Shown: positions 11,654-26,437, counted from the whole stretch's first letter. The stretch is 62,801 nucleotides of DNA, filler included, from Folioceros fuciformis (GCA_049999805.1; 3 parts of 3 records of this genome joined end to end with filler, not necessarily neighbours in it), one strand, 5' to 3'. Notes: a model not told the origin generated them from the letters alone. Numbers and translations: made by a program.

Positions 11654-13238
11654 TCACCAAAGGCTCTGAACAATACCAATCAGAGAGGCGTATGTCCCCA
11701 GAATTCCTATAGCGCCGCCAATGACCACAATGGTGAGGATGAGGACAGTCTCCCGTGTGCTGACGGACTTCCCAAAAATCTTCAAGTAGCAGAAAGAAGG
11801 GACAACAATCGCAGTGCTGACACTGAGAAATGAGCCGATGAAGGCCATCAAGTAGCCAAAAACGGGAAAGGCAAGCGCAAACACTACGGTGCTGGCCACC
11901 AGTAAAGTTCTGAGCACAGTCCCGTACACCACGTAGCGCTTCTCGGTGGGTTGGTAGGGAAGAATGCCTTCCAGGGCCCGTGCGATAGGCAGCAGGATCA
12001 ATGCATACTTGGCAAACGGATTCACCAATGTTATCCAGATAGCGATCTTGGAAGCCAGGAATTGTACTGGCAAATTAAGTGTAACTTGCGACTGAATGGC
12101 CTCCCCGAACATGAGGTAGCCAACCGTTGCAACAGTTGCATAGAGAAGCGTGCACACAATGAAGGAGATGATCAGAACCTGCAGGTATGCGACAGCACAC
12201 AAAGTCATCAAGCTTGCAACCTGAAGCCATGAACAAACGGCAATAGCAATTCGTGGAGGAGTTTCAGGGCTTCCGAGCTGCAAGAGCACTTACACGGTTG
12301 AACTTGGAACGGTCCTTCATAGAGCAGTAGATGCTGGGAAACACCGCGTGACCGCAATAGCAAAAGGCGTAGAGGCCAACAGCGATGGGAAGTCCCTCGA
12401 GGTTGAGGAGGGAGCCCTGCATCCGGAAACCCACTCCATCAACGGCCCCCACCCAGAAGACCGCGATGAGGGTGGCCAGGCACGCGAACGCTCCGCCGGC
12501 CGAGACGTAAGCCAAGCTACTGAGGTTGCGAAGCCACACGGTGGGCAGCATAAGTATGGCGGCCATGAGCACGAAGAGCACCCGTGGCTTGAGCGTAACG
12601 GGCCCACAGCTAACGTCGTAGATGGGGAAAAGCTGTGCCAAGTTGTCTCCCTCGAGAATCAAAAACTCTACGGACGCAAGGAATAAATCGATGTAGAGTA
12701 GTATGGACACCACCCATCTTCCCTTGGTGCCGTAAGCCGCCGTGCCTATGTCCGGGTAGCTCCGTATGGCGAGGTTGGTGTCCAGGATCCTGCGCAAAAG
12801 AAGCCCCGTGTAGCAGCATATCACTGCAAAGACGATGAGGATAGCCAGGCCCAGCCACCCTCCCTGAGCCACCGCAAAGGGAGTCGACAGGATCCCCACA
12901 CCTGCAAGAACCATGAATTTAACGAGAAGCCCGCCAAACTGGAGGCTACAACAAACCTGAGAACGTTGCGAGACGAGAGACAAACCTGCTAGGACGTTGA
13001 TGGCGTTGAGGGTAGCGTGCAAGAACGAGCTGCCCTCCTTCTGCTGCAGAAGGGATTCACTCGTGCTTTGGCCCTCGCTCCCCGGTGCGCTCTGCTCGTG
13101 TACCGTGATGATGATTTTGGTGTCGGATTGTAATTGCTGCTGCTTTTCATTGTGATGAAGCAGGTGTTTTCGGAGACCTCCGTGGCTACCGTTCTCGGCG
13201 TCAACTTCAACGACGGCACTACCGTTGAAGGGAGCCAT
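11654..13238 (-). CDS. AVT1: Amino acid transporter, AVT1 family (Aa_trans), 3 exons: 13238-12986, 12901-12294, 12178-11654
   Basis: Motifs NAINVLAG/VGILSTPFA, YPDIG, YAFCYCGHAVFPSIY and NPFAKYAL. GT-AG introns restore the frame. Confidence 0.93.
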
Positions 13239-13579
13239 GGCCCCTGTCTCACGATATTCGTGACGAGGAAATTGGCCTGTCACATTAACACGCCGCCACG
13301 GCTACATCCGGAGTTAGAAATATGGATCAAATCCGCCCTGTACTCGGGAAGCAGGGGGAGTAATGTATGTTAAACTTTCTATCCGTTCTCTAGGCTTATC
13401 GAGCACGCAGCCAATGTTGGGTTTGAAATCACGCAATGGTTCATGACACGGTCCACTGACCAGAAGGCTGGTGGCACGCTGCGTCGCGAGAGAGCGCTTG
13501 TTAAGAAACAAGGTACATGGTGCTGCTTGCGCTGGCGAATCGCCGCTTGCGCTTGCGTGCCGCTGCTTCTGCTTGTTCT

Positions 13580-14408
13580 TCTGCCTCTGCCTCTGCCTCT
13601 GCCTCTGCCTCTGTCTCTGTCTCTGTTTCTGTCTCTGTCTCTGCCTCTGCCTCTGCCTCTGCCTCTGCCTCTGCCTCTGCCTCTGCCTCTGCCTCTGCCT
13701 CTGCCTCTGCCTCTGCCTCTGCCTCTGCCTCTGCCTCTGCCTCTGCCTCTGCCTCTGCCTCTGCCTCTGCCTCTGCCTCTGCCTCTGCCTCTGCCTCTGC
13801 CTCTGCCTCNNNNNNNNNNNNNNNNNNNNNNNNNNNNNNNNNNNNNNNNNNNNNNNNNNNNNNNNNNNNNNNNNNNNNNNNNNNNNNNNNNNNNNNNNNN
13901 NNNNNNNNNNNNNNNNNNNNNNNNNNNNNNNNNNNNNNNNNNNNNNNNNNNNNNNNNNNNNNNNNNNNNNNNNNNNNNNNNNNNNNNNNNNNNNNNNNNN
14001 NNNNNNNNNNNNNNNNNNNNNNNNNNNNNNNNNNNNNNNNNNNNNNNNNNNNNNNNNNNNNNNNNNNNNNNNNNNNNNNNNNNNNNNNNNNNNNNNNNNN
14101 NNNNNNNNNNNNNNNNNNNNNNNNNNNNNNNNNNNNNNNNNNNNNNNNNNNNNNNNNNNNNNNNNNNNNNNNNNNNNNNNNNNNNNNNNNNNNNNNNNNN
14201 NNNNNNNNNCTGCCTCTGCCTCTGCCTCTGCCTCTGCCTCTGCCTCTGCCTCTGCCTCTGCCTCTGCCTCTGCCTCTGCCTCTGCCTCTGCCTCTGCCTC
14301 TGCCTCTGCCTCTGCCTCTGCCTCTGCCTCTGCCTCTGCCTCTGCCTCTGCCTCTGCCTCTGCCTCTGCCTCTGCCTCTGCCTCTGCCTCTGCCTCTGCC
14401 TCTGCCTC
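13580..14408. repeat. (CCTCTG)n microsatellite containing an assembly gap
   Basis: Seen directly. The long ORFs across it are artefacts. Confidence 0.97.
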
Positions 14409-16185
14409 GGAAGCTTCGGAAAGGCAAATGCCGGGAGAGATCGCCGACCGAGGCCCGACACAACAAGGAGGCGAGGACGGACTGCCGCATTTGAACCCCC
14501 CGAAGTGCGATTACTTGCTGGCGATTATCGGGCTTAACACATGTTGGCGCAAACACGTGCAGGGGCTCGAGGAAAAGCAACCAAGTAAAGGGCCCCTCCT
14601 TCGCATCCGGTGAAGGGAGGAAGGAGGAGGAATGAAATTCCGTTGCCATGCCCCACGCTAAAGCAGCCCCAGGGAGATCCTGGTGCCTGCACGGGCACTT
14701 ATTGACGCCATGGGGCCCGGCTCCACCCATGTGTCACAGCGCATGGGCTTGAGGCAGCGTCAGAGCTGCTTCCATTCATTGAACCACACCGATGGTACGG
14801 GTTCTCCAACCGCTCGCCGCGGCACGCCACTAGCAGCCAGAGTGTCTGAAAACGAAAACGATATCATGGAGAGAAAAAGGTGAACCTGGCCAGCGAGAGC
14901 CTGAGCTCTGGCAGAGAGACCCCCATGGGTGGACCTGGTCAATTACAAGCCGACCATCTTGCCTAGAATTACAACTACAAGGTACATTGGAATTCAATCC
15001 TTTAATTAATTTTAGAAAAAAAAGGGAAAATCTATCTATCCCTGGAGGGGGACAAGACCGATTAGGACACTGAGACACATACACGCGCAGTTGCACATAG
15101 ATATATACGTTCAGCCATGTGGAGCCCTTAGAAGAAGAATTATTCCACCCAGGATGGGTTTTTGTTTAAGCATTTGGTACTTAACAACTTTGTAATATGC
15201 TGTACCTTGCTAGAGGAAAGGAAAGGAAAGGAAAGGAAAGGAGGGGATGCTTAATCCCAGGTGCTTGTTTGCACGTCGTTGATTGGATGTAAGCCATTTG
15301 GCTCTAGGCGGAAAATTCAGTCGATTCCTAGTCTATTGCATGTCTCCTTAATGGACGACACCATGGACTATCCCAAGTCGCGGCCCAAGATCTCCAGGTG
15401 CTATGCCACGTTTTCGTGTGTTTGTTAGTCTTTCTTATCTAAATCGATTTTATTTTTATTTTATGTACTTTAAGGGAAGAAGTGTTAGGTATTGAGAGGT
15501 ACGTAACGGTAGTGTTGGTGTTGTGAGAAGTCCGAAGGATGTCCCCTCTGAGGCTACGCTTACGCTGGACAGCACACCTTGCCTTGGTGCTCGGCGCCAG
15601 GCGCGGGGTGCACCGGCGCGCGAACCAGGGATGGGAGGAGGAGGAGCTTTCACATCCGGCGGAAAGGAGAATCCTCACACGATGGGCCAGGCCATCATTT
15701 ATTCCCGCACCAAAGCTGTGCCCAGACGTTTTAGCATATCCCGGATCGCGACCCGACTCAGGCGTGAAGTGCAACCAGTATGCCACTAGCGAAGTCCATT
15801 GCCAAGAAGGGCTGCCTGAACATGGACCGCATCATGCATGCACCTCCGTACAGACCTGCGATTCAGCACCCCTCGTCTGCAAGCGAGCTGCTGTTTTATG
15901 CGGAAACAGTCCCGCAGCTGCATCCAACATTCCAATATTCCAGACGCTGCAAACTTAGAAACTGCTTCCGAAGCTGCGGCAGCTGACATCTGATCGACAC
16001 AAGTCGGTCTAGACAATTACGTATTCGCAGCTAGAACCTCCGAAAAGGCAAGAGATGCTGCTACGCCGCCTATTATAGAGCCACGGCCCCGGGGGCTCTG
16101 TAAAGTCGGTGCCTATGCGCGCCCGGACGCGTGCTTTCAGCTCCACGCCCCTGCAAGGAGGGTAAGTCCAGTTACATCTTTGATA

Positions 16186-16301
16186 TGACTAGGACTAGGA
16201 CTAGGACTAGGACTAGGACTAGGACTAGGACTAGGACTAGGACNNNNNNNNNNAGGACTAGGACTAGGACTAGGACTAGGACTAGGACTAGGACTAGGAC
16301 C
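16186..16301. repeat. (GGACTA)n microsatellite
   Basis: Seen directly; contains a small gap. Confidence 0.95.
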
Positions 16302-16656
16302 AGGTCCAGGCAAGGCAAGCAAAATAATGGCAGCGAGTGAGTGTCCAGTCCCGAGTGAATGCTGGCCGCACGCTGCACCCTTCGATTTGTCCGCTCCAAG
16401 CTTCCAGTCCCGGCCGGAGTATCCTTGACCGCACGCTTTCGAGGGCAGCACCTGTTTAATCGAATCCGGAATCAAGTTGCAATTATTGAGCGGTGGGCAC
16501 ACGGTGAACCCTTCCATTATTTTTCTTCTCCCAGGAGGTGGACTCTCACACCCCAGATCAGAGATTCGGCCCAGTGGCGGCGTAACATGTGACCTATCAC
16601 ACGTCTTCCAGTGGCCGTTGCTTTTCTCACCTTTTCTTTTGTCTTCCACTAGTTCC

Positions 16657-16811
16657 AATAGCACATGTTACCTCTTTTATATATTCGGATTCTCAATAAA
16701 CGCTACACTAGCACATGTTACCTTTTTTATATATTCGGATTCTCAGTAAACGCTACACTAGCACATGTTTCCTTTTTTATACATTCGGATTCTCAATAAA
16801 CACTACACTAT
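16657..16811. repeat. Tandem repeat, about 49 bp x 3
   Basis: tagcacatgttaccttttttatatattcggattctcaataaacgctacac recurs. Confidence 0.88.
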
Positions 16812-18220
16812 GGAATCAAGCTTGTCTCTAGTATGGAGTCTAGACCATTGAATCTTTGTAACACATCTTGAATTTAATCATTCTCTCAACTAATCTTATC
16901 CCTTTCCATCCTAATCCATGACTTTGAGCTTAAGCTCCTCACAAATGGCATAAACATAATCAACAAGTGGACCATAAACAAACTATATAATATTGTTAGA
17001 AAAGAATCTTCAAACTTATACATTCTATTAAAAACGACGGGACATCCCTTCTACCAATTAATTGAGGAGAGGAGAAACAACCCCAAGAAGCATGGAGGTG
17101 GAAAGGGGGATTAGACCCCAGCAAACAAGTCTAAATCCTTGGGTTCAACTTGCACACATTGGAACATAAAATAGTTTGAATCCTTTGCAATTAGAATATC
17201 AAAGAGGTCGAATTCATGTGCAATTGGATGAAAGACCCCATTGACCATGTTCCTCCAATAAATATGTTTGATCCATGCTTCAAAAGTTTGCAAGCAAGCC
17301 CCTTATGTTTGACAACATAAAGTTAAATAAGGACTTCATATTATTTCTACCAAAGAGAAGACGAAGCCAATGATGGGTTGTTAACCAACGGGTGGTCACT
17401 CACGTCTCTATCTTTCAAGTGTGGGAAGAAAGTAGAATCTTTATTTTAAAAACGAGATTCATCTATCCCAAACCTTAGGGAACAACCTACCCACACATTT
17501 TTGCCATTGTGGCAATTGATCCATGACAAGTCCAAGAGACTGGGATCCTTTTATTTATTTTCAATTTAATTTCTAATGCATGTGGATTCAAATGAAATAA
17601 CAGCTTTGGCAGACTTTAGACACATAAACCTAATGCCACAAGAGCAGACCCTAATGAACTAAAGTACAACCTCCCCTAGCCCGTGACACAGAAACGACGG
17701 AGATAACAAACGACTTTTTCATGACTACAGCAAGAACCTGGTTCCTGTAGCGTGCAGAAAACACGACATGGCAGAGAAAGGATCAGCACCCAAGCATCCT
17801 CGTCTCGGGTCCCTGTAGGGAGACAGCTTCAAGCGTTGAGGACTAAATAAGGCCTTGGCTAGGGTGTGACGTGCGCTAAGCGTGCTTGGCCACCTTGGTG
17901 TGAGGCATGGAGTGTGCTACATGTGTTGGCGACCAAATTTTGAGGTGTGGCGTGGTGCGCTCTTGGTTTGCTTGTATCCCAAAAATCTAGTGTGCCGACT
18001 ACGTCTTTCACCGCTATAGTACGGATGTGTACTTGCTTTTCCTGGACACCGACTCTGCTCAAATTGTAACATCCCGAGTGCAGAGTGCAGAGGGTCGCGT
18101 GCGGGCCACCTAGTGCAGCGCAGCGCAAGTCAGAGCCCTGAAACGATGTGTGCAAATGTGGGACAATCGACGGCAGGGCCGAGCTCCTTTGCTGGAGCAT
18201 TTTCTTCATTCGCCCGTGTA

Positions 18221-18302
18221 AGAGCAGAGCAGAGCAGAGCAGGGCAGAGCAGAGCAGGGCAGAGCAGAGCAGGGCAGAGCAGAGCAGGGCAGAGCAGAGC
18301 AG
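18221..18302. repeat. (GCAGA)/(GCAGG) pentanucleotide microsatellite
   Basis: Seen directly. Confidence 0.9.
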
Positions 18303-19244
18303 CGGATCTTCAGCTGATGTGAGAGTGCCAAACGAGTGCTGTAGGGATGCTAAGTGCTGATGTGTTGGGGCAGGCGTTCGGCAACGGAACATTTGGAGAC
18401 GTGCAATCCAGGCAGCCCAGCTGGCTACCTTGGCAAAAGTTTGCCGCTCGTGAACGGACACGGGTTTTGTCACTCTCCTGCTATCCATTCCACGTTGCAT
18501 TCCGCACGGTTCCAAGGGCCATCTGGCCCAAACTGGAGCTTCCTGGACGGCCGTACCACGAATCGCCATCAATATGTAAGCCAGACTTTTTGACTGATGC
18601 ATCACCCAGCTGTGTCTCCATGTGCGGAAGGATCGATATCGCAGCCCACGATGACCAACAACCGCGCGAATGTGTGCCCAAAACCGGCCCGGGCTATGCC
18701 AGCCCTACAGCAGCTGGGTGTCAATTGAAACGGCGCCAACAGCACAGTCCAACTTGGTGCGTGTATACTTGTCGTGGCCGAAAATCCCTTCCCAAAAGAC
18801 TTGGATCATCAGCGAGTCGCTGACACTGGCCCTGGCTTCTGGCTTGGAAAAAGCAGAGCAGGCATTCACCTCACAGGATTCGCATTGTGAGAGCGGGCAA
18901 CACGACTAAGTACGATTCATGACATCTCAGGACAAATGTTAGATCAAACATTCCTTGTTGGCACAACAAGAACACGACCTTAACTGGTTTGCAGAGACAA
19001 GCACACGACCGTAACTGGTTTGCACGACGCCCTCATCTGAGAGAGTGAGACGCCCTCATCTGAGAGAGTGACCGCTAGTGACAGTGCACATCCAGAGCGT
19101 CCCCTGACCTGACAGGTTCCTACCCTTGGGTGTCGGTCCAAAACGTAGAATGTATGTACAGTGAGCGAATGCTGCTGGTTCAACGGGACCAATCGGCCCT
19201 CTTTGGACTGTCCCGGAGAGAACAAGATGAACACCGACAGTACA

Positions 19245-20921
19245 TTACGGAAGGCTATTGAGAATGCCGACCAAAGACGCGTAAGTTCCCAGCACTGCAA
19301 CCACCGCACCTACGACAATGATACCCACAACGACAGTGGCTTCTGCTTTGTTGCCAACCTTCCAAAACATGACCAAGTAGCAAACACACGGAATGATAAC
19401 AGCTGTGGACACGCTCAGGAACGAGCCGATGAAAGCCATCAAGTACCCAAACACTGGCACTGACAGTGCGAAGGTCACAGTGCACAACACCAACAGGGTC
19501 CTCATCGCAGTTCCATACAGAAGCTGACTCCTCTCCGTTGACGAGTATGGAAGGATTTCCTCCAAGGCCCGAGCAATGGGCATCAGGGTCAATGCAAATT
19601 TGGTGAACGGGTTCACCAGTGTTATCCATATGGCAACTTTGGAGGCTACGTACCGTCCTGGCAGGTTGAGAGTCACTTGCGACTGGATATCACTCCCAAA
19701 CATGAGGAAACCAGTGCTCCCAATGGCTGCGTATAGTGCTGTGCATATGAGAAAAGAGAACACAAGGACCTGCAACAATCAAAACATGATCAATCATCTG
19801 TCCAAGAACAATCAAGTTGAACAAATTTCTTCCCTCAACTAGCTAGTTGTAGCTCATATGCGATCTCTGAGAGCAAACCAACAGGAGAAACCGTCGTGGC
19901 TGGAACATTTGATCTCAGTATAACCATTGTGAATCATGTCTGACATTCACTCTAGAATCCAGCAGTCGTCGCAGTTCTGGACCAGAATCCACATGTTTTA
20001 CACTGTCAAGAGGTGCTCACCTTGTTGAACTGCGAGCGGTCTTTCATGGAATTGTAAATGCTGGGATAAACGGCATGACCGCAGTAGCAGAACGCATATA
20101 ATCCCACGGCAACGGGCAGCCCAGACACGTTCAACAATGGGCCCTCGAGGTGAAAACCAACTCCGTCCACCGCCCCAACCCACAGCACGGCAAGAAAAAT
20201 GGCCAGGCAAGCAAAGGCTCCTCCTGCTGATACATAGGCTAAGCTGCTGAGGTCCCTCAACCACACTGTCGGCAGCATAATAAGAGCTGCGATCGTCACA
20301 AAGAACACACGAGGAGCGACTGTAACGCCTCCCCAGCTCAGATCCGTTATCGGGAATAGCTGCGACAGGTTGTCACCTTCCAGGATGAGGAACTCTACAG
20401 CCACGAGAAACAGGTCAACATACAAGAAAATGGCGACTATCCAGCGCCCCGTGGTTCCGAAGGCAGCATGTCCTATGTCCGGATAGGTACGCAGGGAAGC
20501 ATTGCTTTCCAAACACCGGCGAAGAAGCAGTCCTGTGAAGCAGCAGATCCCCGCAAACAGGAAAAGAAAGGATAATCCAAGCCATCCCCCCTGCGCCACT
20601 GCATATGGCGTGGATAGAATTCCAACTCCTGCAAGCCCAGAGAATCTTGGATTGTTACAGTAGCGAAGTAGGCGAAGGAAGATCAGACCGCGCAAGCTTC
20701 ACCTCAAGAATTTTACCTGCGAGTACGTTGATAGCATTCAGCAGAGCTTCAAAAAATGAAGTGCCTTGAGCTTGAGGCGAGGGATCCTGAACATCCACAA
20801 CAAGTTTCACGTCATCCGTCTGCTTGTCGAGGAGCGGTGCAAGCAGGCCCTTCCCGTCGCCTTTATCTCCGTTCCGACTCCACGGCAGCGAGCCGAAGCC
20901 GTTGCCGTTCACGCTTGCCAT
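19245..20921 (-). CDS. AVT1: Amino acid transporter, AVT1 family, second paralog, 3 exons: 20921-20717, 20628-20021, 19769-19245
   Basis: Same motifs and the same intron positions as the 11654-13238 gene. Confidence 0.93.
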
Positions 20922-21705
20922 GCGGCGGGCCTTGATCTGCCTCGGAACGGCCTCGCAAAAATCCGGCTACCGTGAGCGAACTATGGGATAGCGCGGACGC
21001 ATCGGCGCATCTCTAAAGGAAATTTCTGTTTTAGACCAGCTCAGCCTTTCTGATAGGCATGGACAACACAAAGGACTGACGGCCTGACGCAATGAGCCAA
21101 TATGTTCAATCGTCCCCGCTTTCGCATTCTTCTGGCCTCATCGCGGGTCTACTCTGCATGCTCAGGCCGATGGCGCCAGCCGGCCGCCCTGACCGGAAGT
21201 TGGCAGGCAGCCGGCACCCGCAGACTGGTGCTGCAGGCGCGCGGCCTCCTCTCGGCACCTTACGGAAGGGCGGGCGTGTCGGTCGGGCTGAGCGGCACCG
21301 CCAAGAGCACACATGGAACAGTGACTAGGCCTGTTCCTGGCCCTGTTCAAGGCACCCTGTCATCCCGGGTCGGTCTGCCAATCCGGGTGGCACAGTCACA
21401 CAGTCGCACGATGGCTATCCGTCCTTATTGATCTCTGATAGAACTCTGGTTCTCCTATCTCAAACTTGTGACGACGCACTTGGTATTATTTCAGCCTGAC
21501 GCCAAACCTAGACTAGCATTCCCGAGCAATAGCCACCCCGCTGACTAGGCTCCAGGTCCCTCCCACTCCGGAAAGAGCTACAGTATATTAGATAATATTC
21601 CAACATCTGCCTGTCATGATACAGCGCCGAGGGCATAAAACACCACTTTTCGGTTGCCCTCGATCTTCACACGTCGTCAGGCAGCCAGCAAGGTGCTCAA
21701 CATTT

Positions 21706-23217
<1,512 letters not shown>

Positions 23218-23534
23218 CTAAACCTTTAGAATCTCATGCACAAGTGAGGGCACCTGAATGCAAGCCACAGCAGCATTTAGAGGAACGACTGACCCCATGC
23301 TGGGCGGCTCACGCTCTCGGTTGCCTACACACAAGCCCCCTGATCATCAAAACTGAACCCAGCAGCAGCCAACCACAACCACAAGAGACAGCAGACTTCG
23401 TCACAGATATTCTAGAGGACGGCCTAGACGAGAGAGGCCAGACCAGACCTTTGGACAACCAGTACCCTGCATCTGAACAGTTGGAAACAAGGACTTTGAT
23501 GGGCCTCCATTTTCTTACGACCCTGGGACATGCA

Positions 23535-23915
23535 TCACCAAATAGGTCGACCACCAGGCTGATTGGAGAAAGGACAAGTTCGATTGACCCTACTGCCGGC
23601 GCCACGTTGCAGGACTTAGCAACGTGATGACGCCTCTGCGCAACCAATGCGAAAAACACAATGAGAAAACCCACGGTCAAGACCCACGGTGCAAGACCTC
23701 TGGGACGAGGACGAGTGGTTGAGGTGAAACAATGGGAACCACACGGGTGCGGTTCGAGAATCCAATGTAAGAGATCGAGGCATACCAATCGACAGGTCGA
23801 CACCCGCTCAGCAGGAGAAAGAAGGCATTGGTGCAACTTTGGCGTTCAAATTTTCTCTGCTCCTGTTCAGACCAAACATGCACCATTCGACAAGATGGCA
23901 GCGCCTCTATAGAAG
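23535..23915 (-). pseudogene. Two degenerate copies of the H/ACA unit
   Basis: Residual gacaggtcgacacc...gacaagatggcagcgcctct...gagc similarity. The ACA box is lost (ATG) in the 23780-23920 copy. Confidence 0.55.
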
Positions 23916-24000
23916 AGCACAAAAAGACGTATGACGCTCAAGGCCACCTCACAGAAATCAGCACCGTGATCCAGGAAAAGTAACTCCTACTGTGAGATTG

Positions 24001-25448
24001 AGCTGTAGCAGGAGACAGGTCGACAACGGCTCAACAAAAATTAGAGGGCATGGGTTAAGACGAGGTACTATTTCCTCTCTGCTCATGCTGACACGAACCT
24101 TGCAACCAGTGACAAGATGACAACGCCTCTGTTCGAGAGCGTGAAATCCCGTATCTAGGATCAGATCAGATGACTTAAGACCATTATCAAAACACCTTGA
24201 GGTCTTCTATGAAACTGAGGTGTACCAGTAGACAGGTCAACACCGACGCAACAAAAAATAGCGGGCATTGGTTTAAAAGTGGCACTATTTCCTATCTGCT
24301 CATGCTGACACCAACCTTGCAACCATTGACAAGATGGTAACACCTCTATACAAGAGCATTAAGTCGCGCACCAAGAATCATATCAGATGACTTAAGACCA
24401 CTTTCAGTACACCTTGAGGCCCTCTTTGAAACAGAGATGTACCAGTAGACAGGTCAACACCGGCTCAACGAAAAAATAGCGGGCATTGGTTAAATAGTGG
24501 CACTATTTCCTCTCTGCTCATGCTGACACCAACCTTGCAATCAGTGACAAGACGGCAACGCCTCTGTACATGAGCATCAAATCGCAAACCATGGAGGATC
24601 ATATCAGATGACTGAAGACCACTATCAACGAACCTTGAGGCCCTCTTCGAAACGGAGATGTACCAGTAGACAGGTCAACACCGACTCCACAAACATTAGC
24701 TGGCATTGGTTCGAAACTGGCACTATTTCCTCTATGCTCATGCTGACACCAACCTTGCAACCAGTGACAGGATGGCAACGTCTCTGTACAAGAGCCCTAG
24801 ACCCTAAACCAAGGATCACATCAGATGACCGAAAGCACTATCAATAGACCTTGAGGCCCTCTTTGAAACTGAGATGTGCCAGTAGACAGGTCAACACCGG
24901 CTCCACAAGCATCAGCGGGCATAGGTTTGAAAGTGGCACTATTTCCTCTCTGCTCATGCTGACACCAACCTTGCAACAGTGACAAGATGGCAACGCCTCT
25001 GTACACGAGCATGAAACACGCACCACACCTCAGGTCAGATGACTCAAGGAGCTTCAGGCCCCTATTTACGCAGAGATGTTCCAGTAGACAGGTCAACACC
25101 GGCTCAACAAAGAACGATAGCGGGCATTGGTTTAAAAGTGGTACTTTTTCCTCTCTGCTCATGCTGACACCAACCTTGCAACAAGTGACAAGATGGTAAC
25201 GCCTCTGTACAAGAGCATTAAATGACTTACCAAACCTCCGATAGCATGACACAAACAGCACAAGAACACGATCAACAAACCTTACAACTGAGCTGTACCA
25301 CTAAACAGGTCAACACCGCCTCAACAAAAAATAAAATAAAAAAAATAGCGGGCTCTGGTGTCATTGCTGACCCTATTTTTCCTCTGCTCCTGACACCAAC
25401 CTTCCAGCAACCAATGATAGGATGACAACGCCTCTGCAGATAAGGGCC
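24001..25448 (-). ncRNA. Tandem cluster of 7 recognisable box H/ACA snoRNA genes (about 140 nt each, period about 220 bp): 24001-24142, 24218-24359, 24435-24577, 24656-24797, 24872-25012, 25074-25218, 25291-25448
   Basis: Each unit on the minus strand reads hairpin 1 (GCUC...GAGC), H box AGAGGA or AUAGGA (ANANNA), hairpin 2 (GUGCCA/UGGUAC lower stem, CAAUGCC/GGUGUUG upper stem), then ACA plus 3 nt. The pocket AAAC / ACCUGUCU is complementary to 25S rRNA AGACAGGU-UA-GUUU and starts 14 nt from the ACA. The two outer units are more diverged. Confidence 0.85.
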
Positions 25449-26437
25449 TGACTAACCCCACAGAATCTCACATCACACAACTCCTCGAAATCAAGACCAG
25501 AATGAGGAAACCCTACAGCCTATTGTCATATTGAGAAGTCTGTGTGACTATGAGGTCAACAACCGCTCAAAAGTAGAAAAGCGCCGCCTGAGAAACCTTG
25601 ACAAGGTGGCAAAGCACCGTAAAGCATGACCGACAACCACGATCCTACCCGCTGCGTGACGTTTTGAGACAAATCGGACGTACATGCTAGACAGAGGACG
25701 ATTGCACATATAGGAGCAAGACAAAACCTGAGGAACAAGATCTTGGGCGCTGGTCTTCCACAGATGTGTCGATGCTACTATGCAGCAACCGTGACTGACG
25801 GAGCAGGCATCCAAGACCGGAACTCTGTGATGATCAGAATCGCGTCATCGCTCACGACAGTGGGAGTTACAAAAACGGGCTCGACCGACAACGGGCCGTG
25901 GTCACATTGGAAAAGGAAAGGAGGCTGTTAGCGCAGTTTAACGTCGTCACGAACCGAGTCCACAGCACCAGCACTTACAGCCCCAAAAAATGAGCACTGC
26001 GAGTACACTTGACCTCCAACGACTCGAAGTTCAGTGAGGGAAGCTGGAGGTGATTTGTACCGCTGGGAAGCATCGCGGAGAAATGCTGGGCCCCAGCTTG
26101 GGAATTCGATGAGAACGGCATAGAGACGCAGGCCAGTTGAGCGACATGTCGGGCATATATGAACCCTTGAGGTATACATGTCAGGATTTAGGGCATCAAC
26201 CTGCTAATGTAGGGTTAGGGGTTCACCTGTGTTCGGATCTCATCAGTGCTTCTTCGTCAGTTCATGGTTGCGATCAGGTCTCAAAGCAGATGTTGTGGCA
26301 AGGAGGGTACTTGATGGCAGGGGAGACTTCGAGGGGTTTGAGAACGTACTCGGTCCTGGAATTGGCTGGGTGGGTCGAGGGGAAAGAGACTTCATGAGCA
26401 TGCGAGGAGACAGTTGAGCTTAGATTGTAAGATGATA

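Noticed and set aside
13379-14730. Long ORFs with QR, GR, LP, CL, AS and EA dipeptide runs
   Set aside because: They are translations of the (CCTCTG)n microsatellite plus an N gap.
16810-17640. AT-rich block with PKKHGG..GLD, reminiscent of an L1 LINE post-RT motif
   Set aside because: Too degraded, and a single short motif is not enough to call it without a search.
24300-24359. Possible pairing of snoRNA hairpin 1 (AGA / AGCAU) with the 18S 5' region AUGCUUGUCU
   Set aside because: The pairing is short and only about 11 nt from the H box, which breaks the 14-16 nt rule. The target is left unassigned.
23940-25450. Repeat array read as CRISPR or as a repeat protein (ORFs 24161-25261)
   Set aside because: Eukaryotic context, no unique spacers and no cas genes. 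Frames are not preserved between units, and the H/ACA structure explains the conservation.
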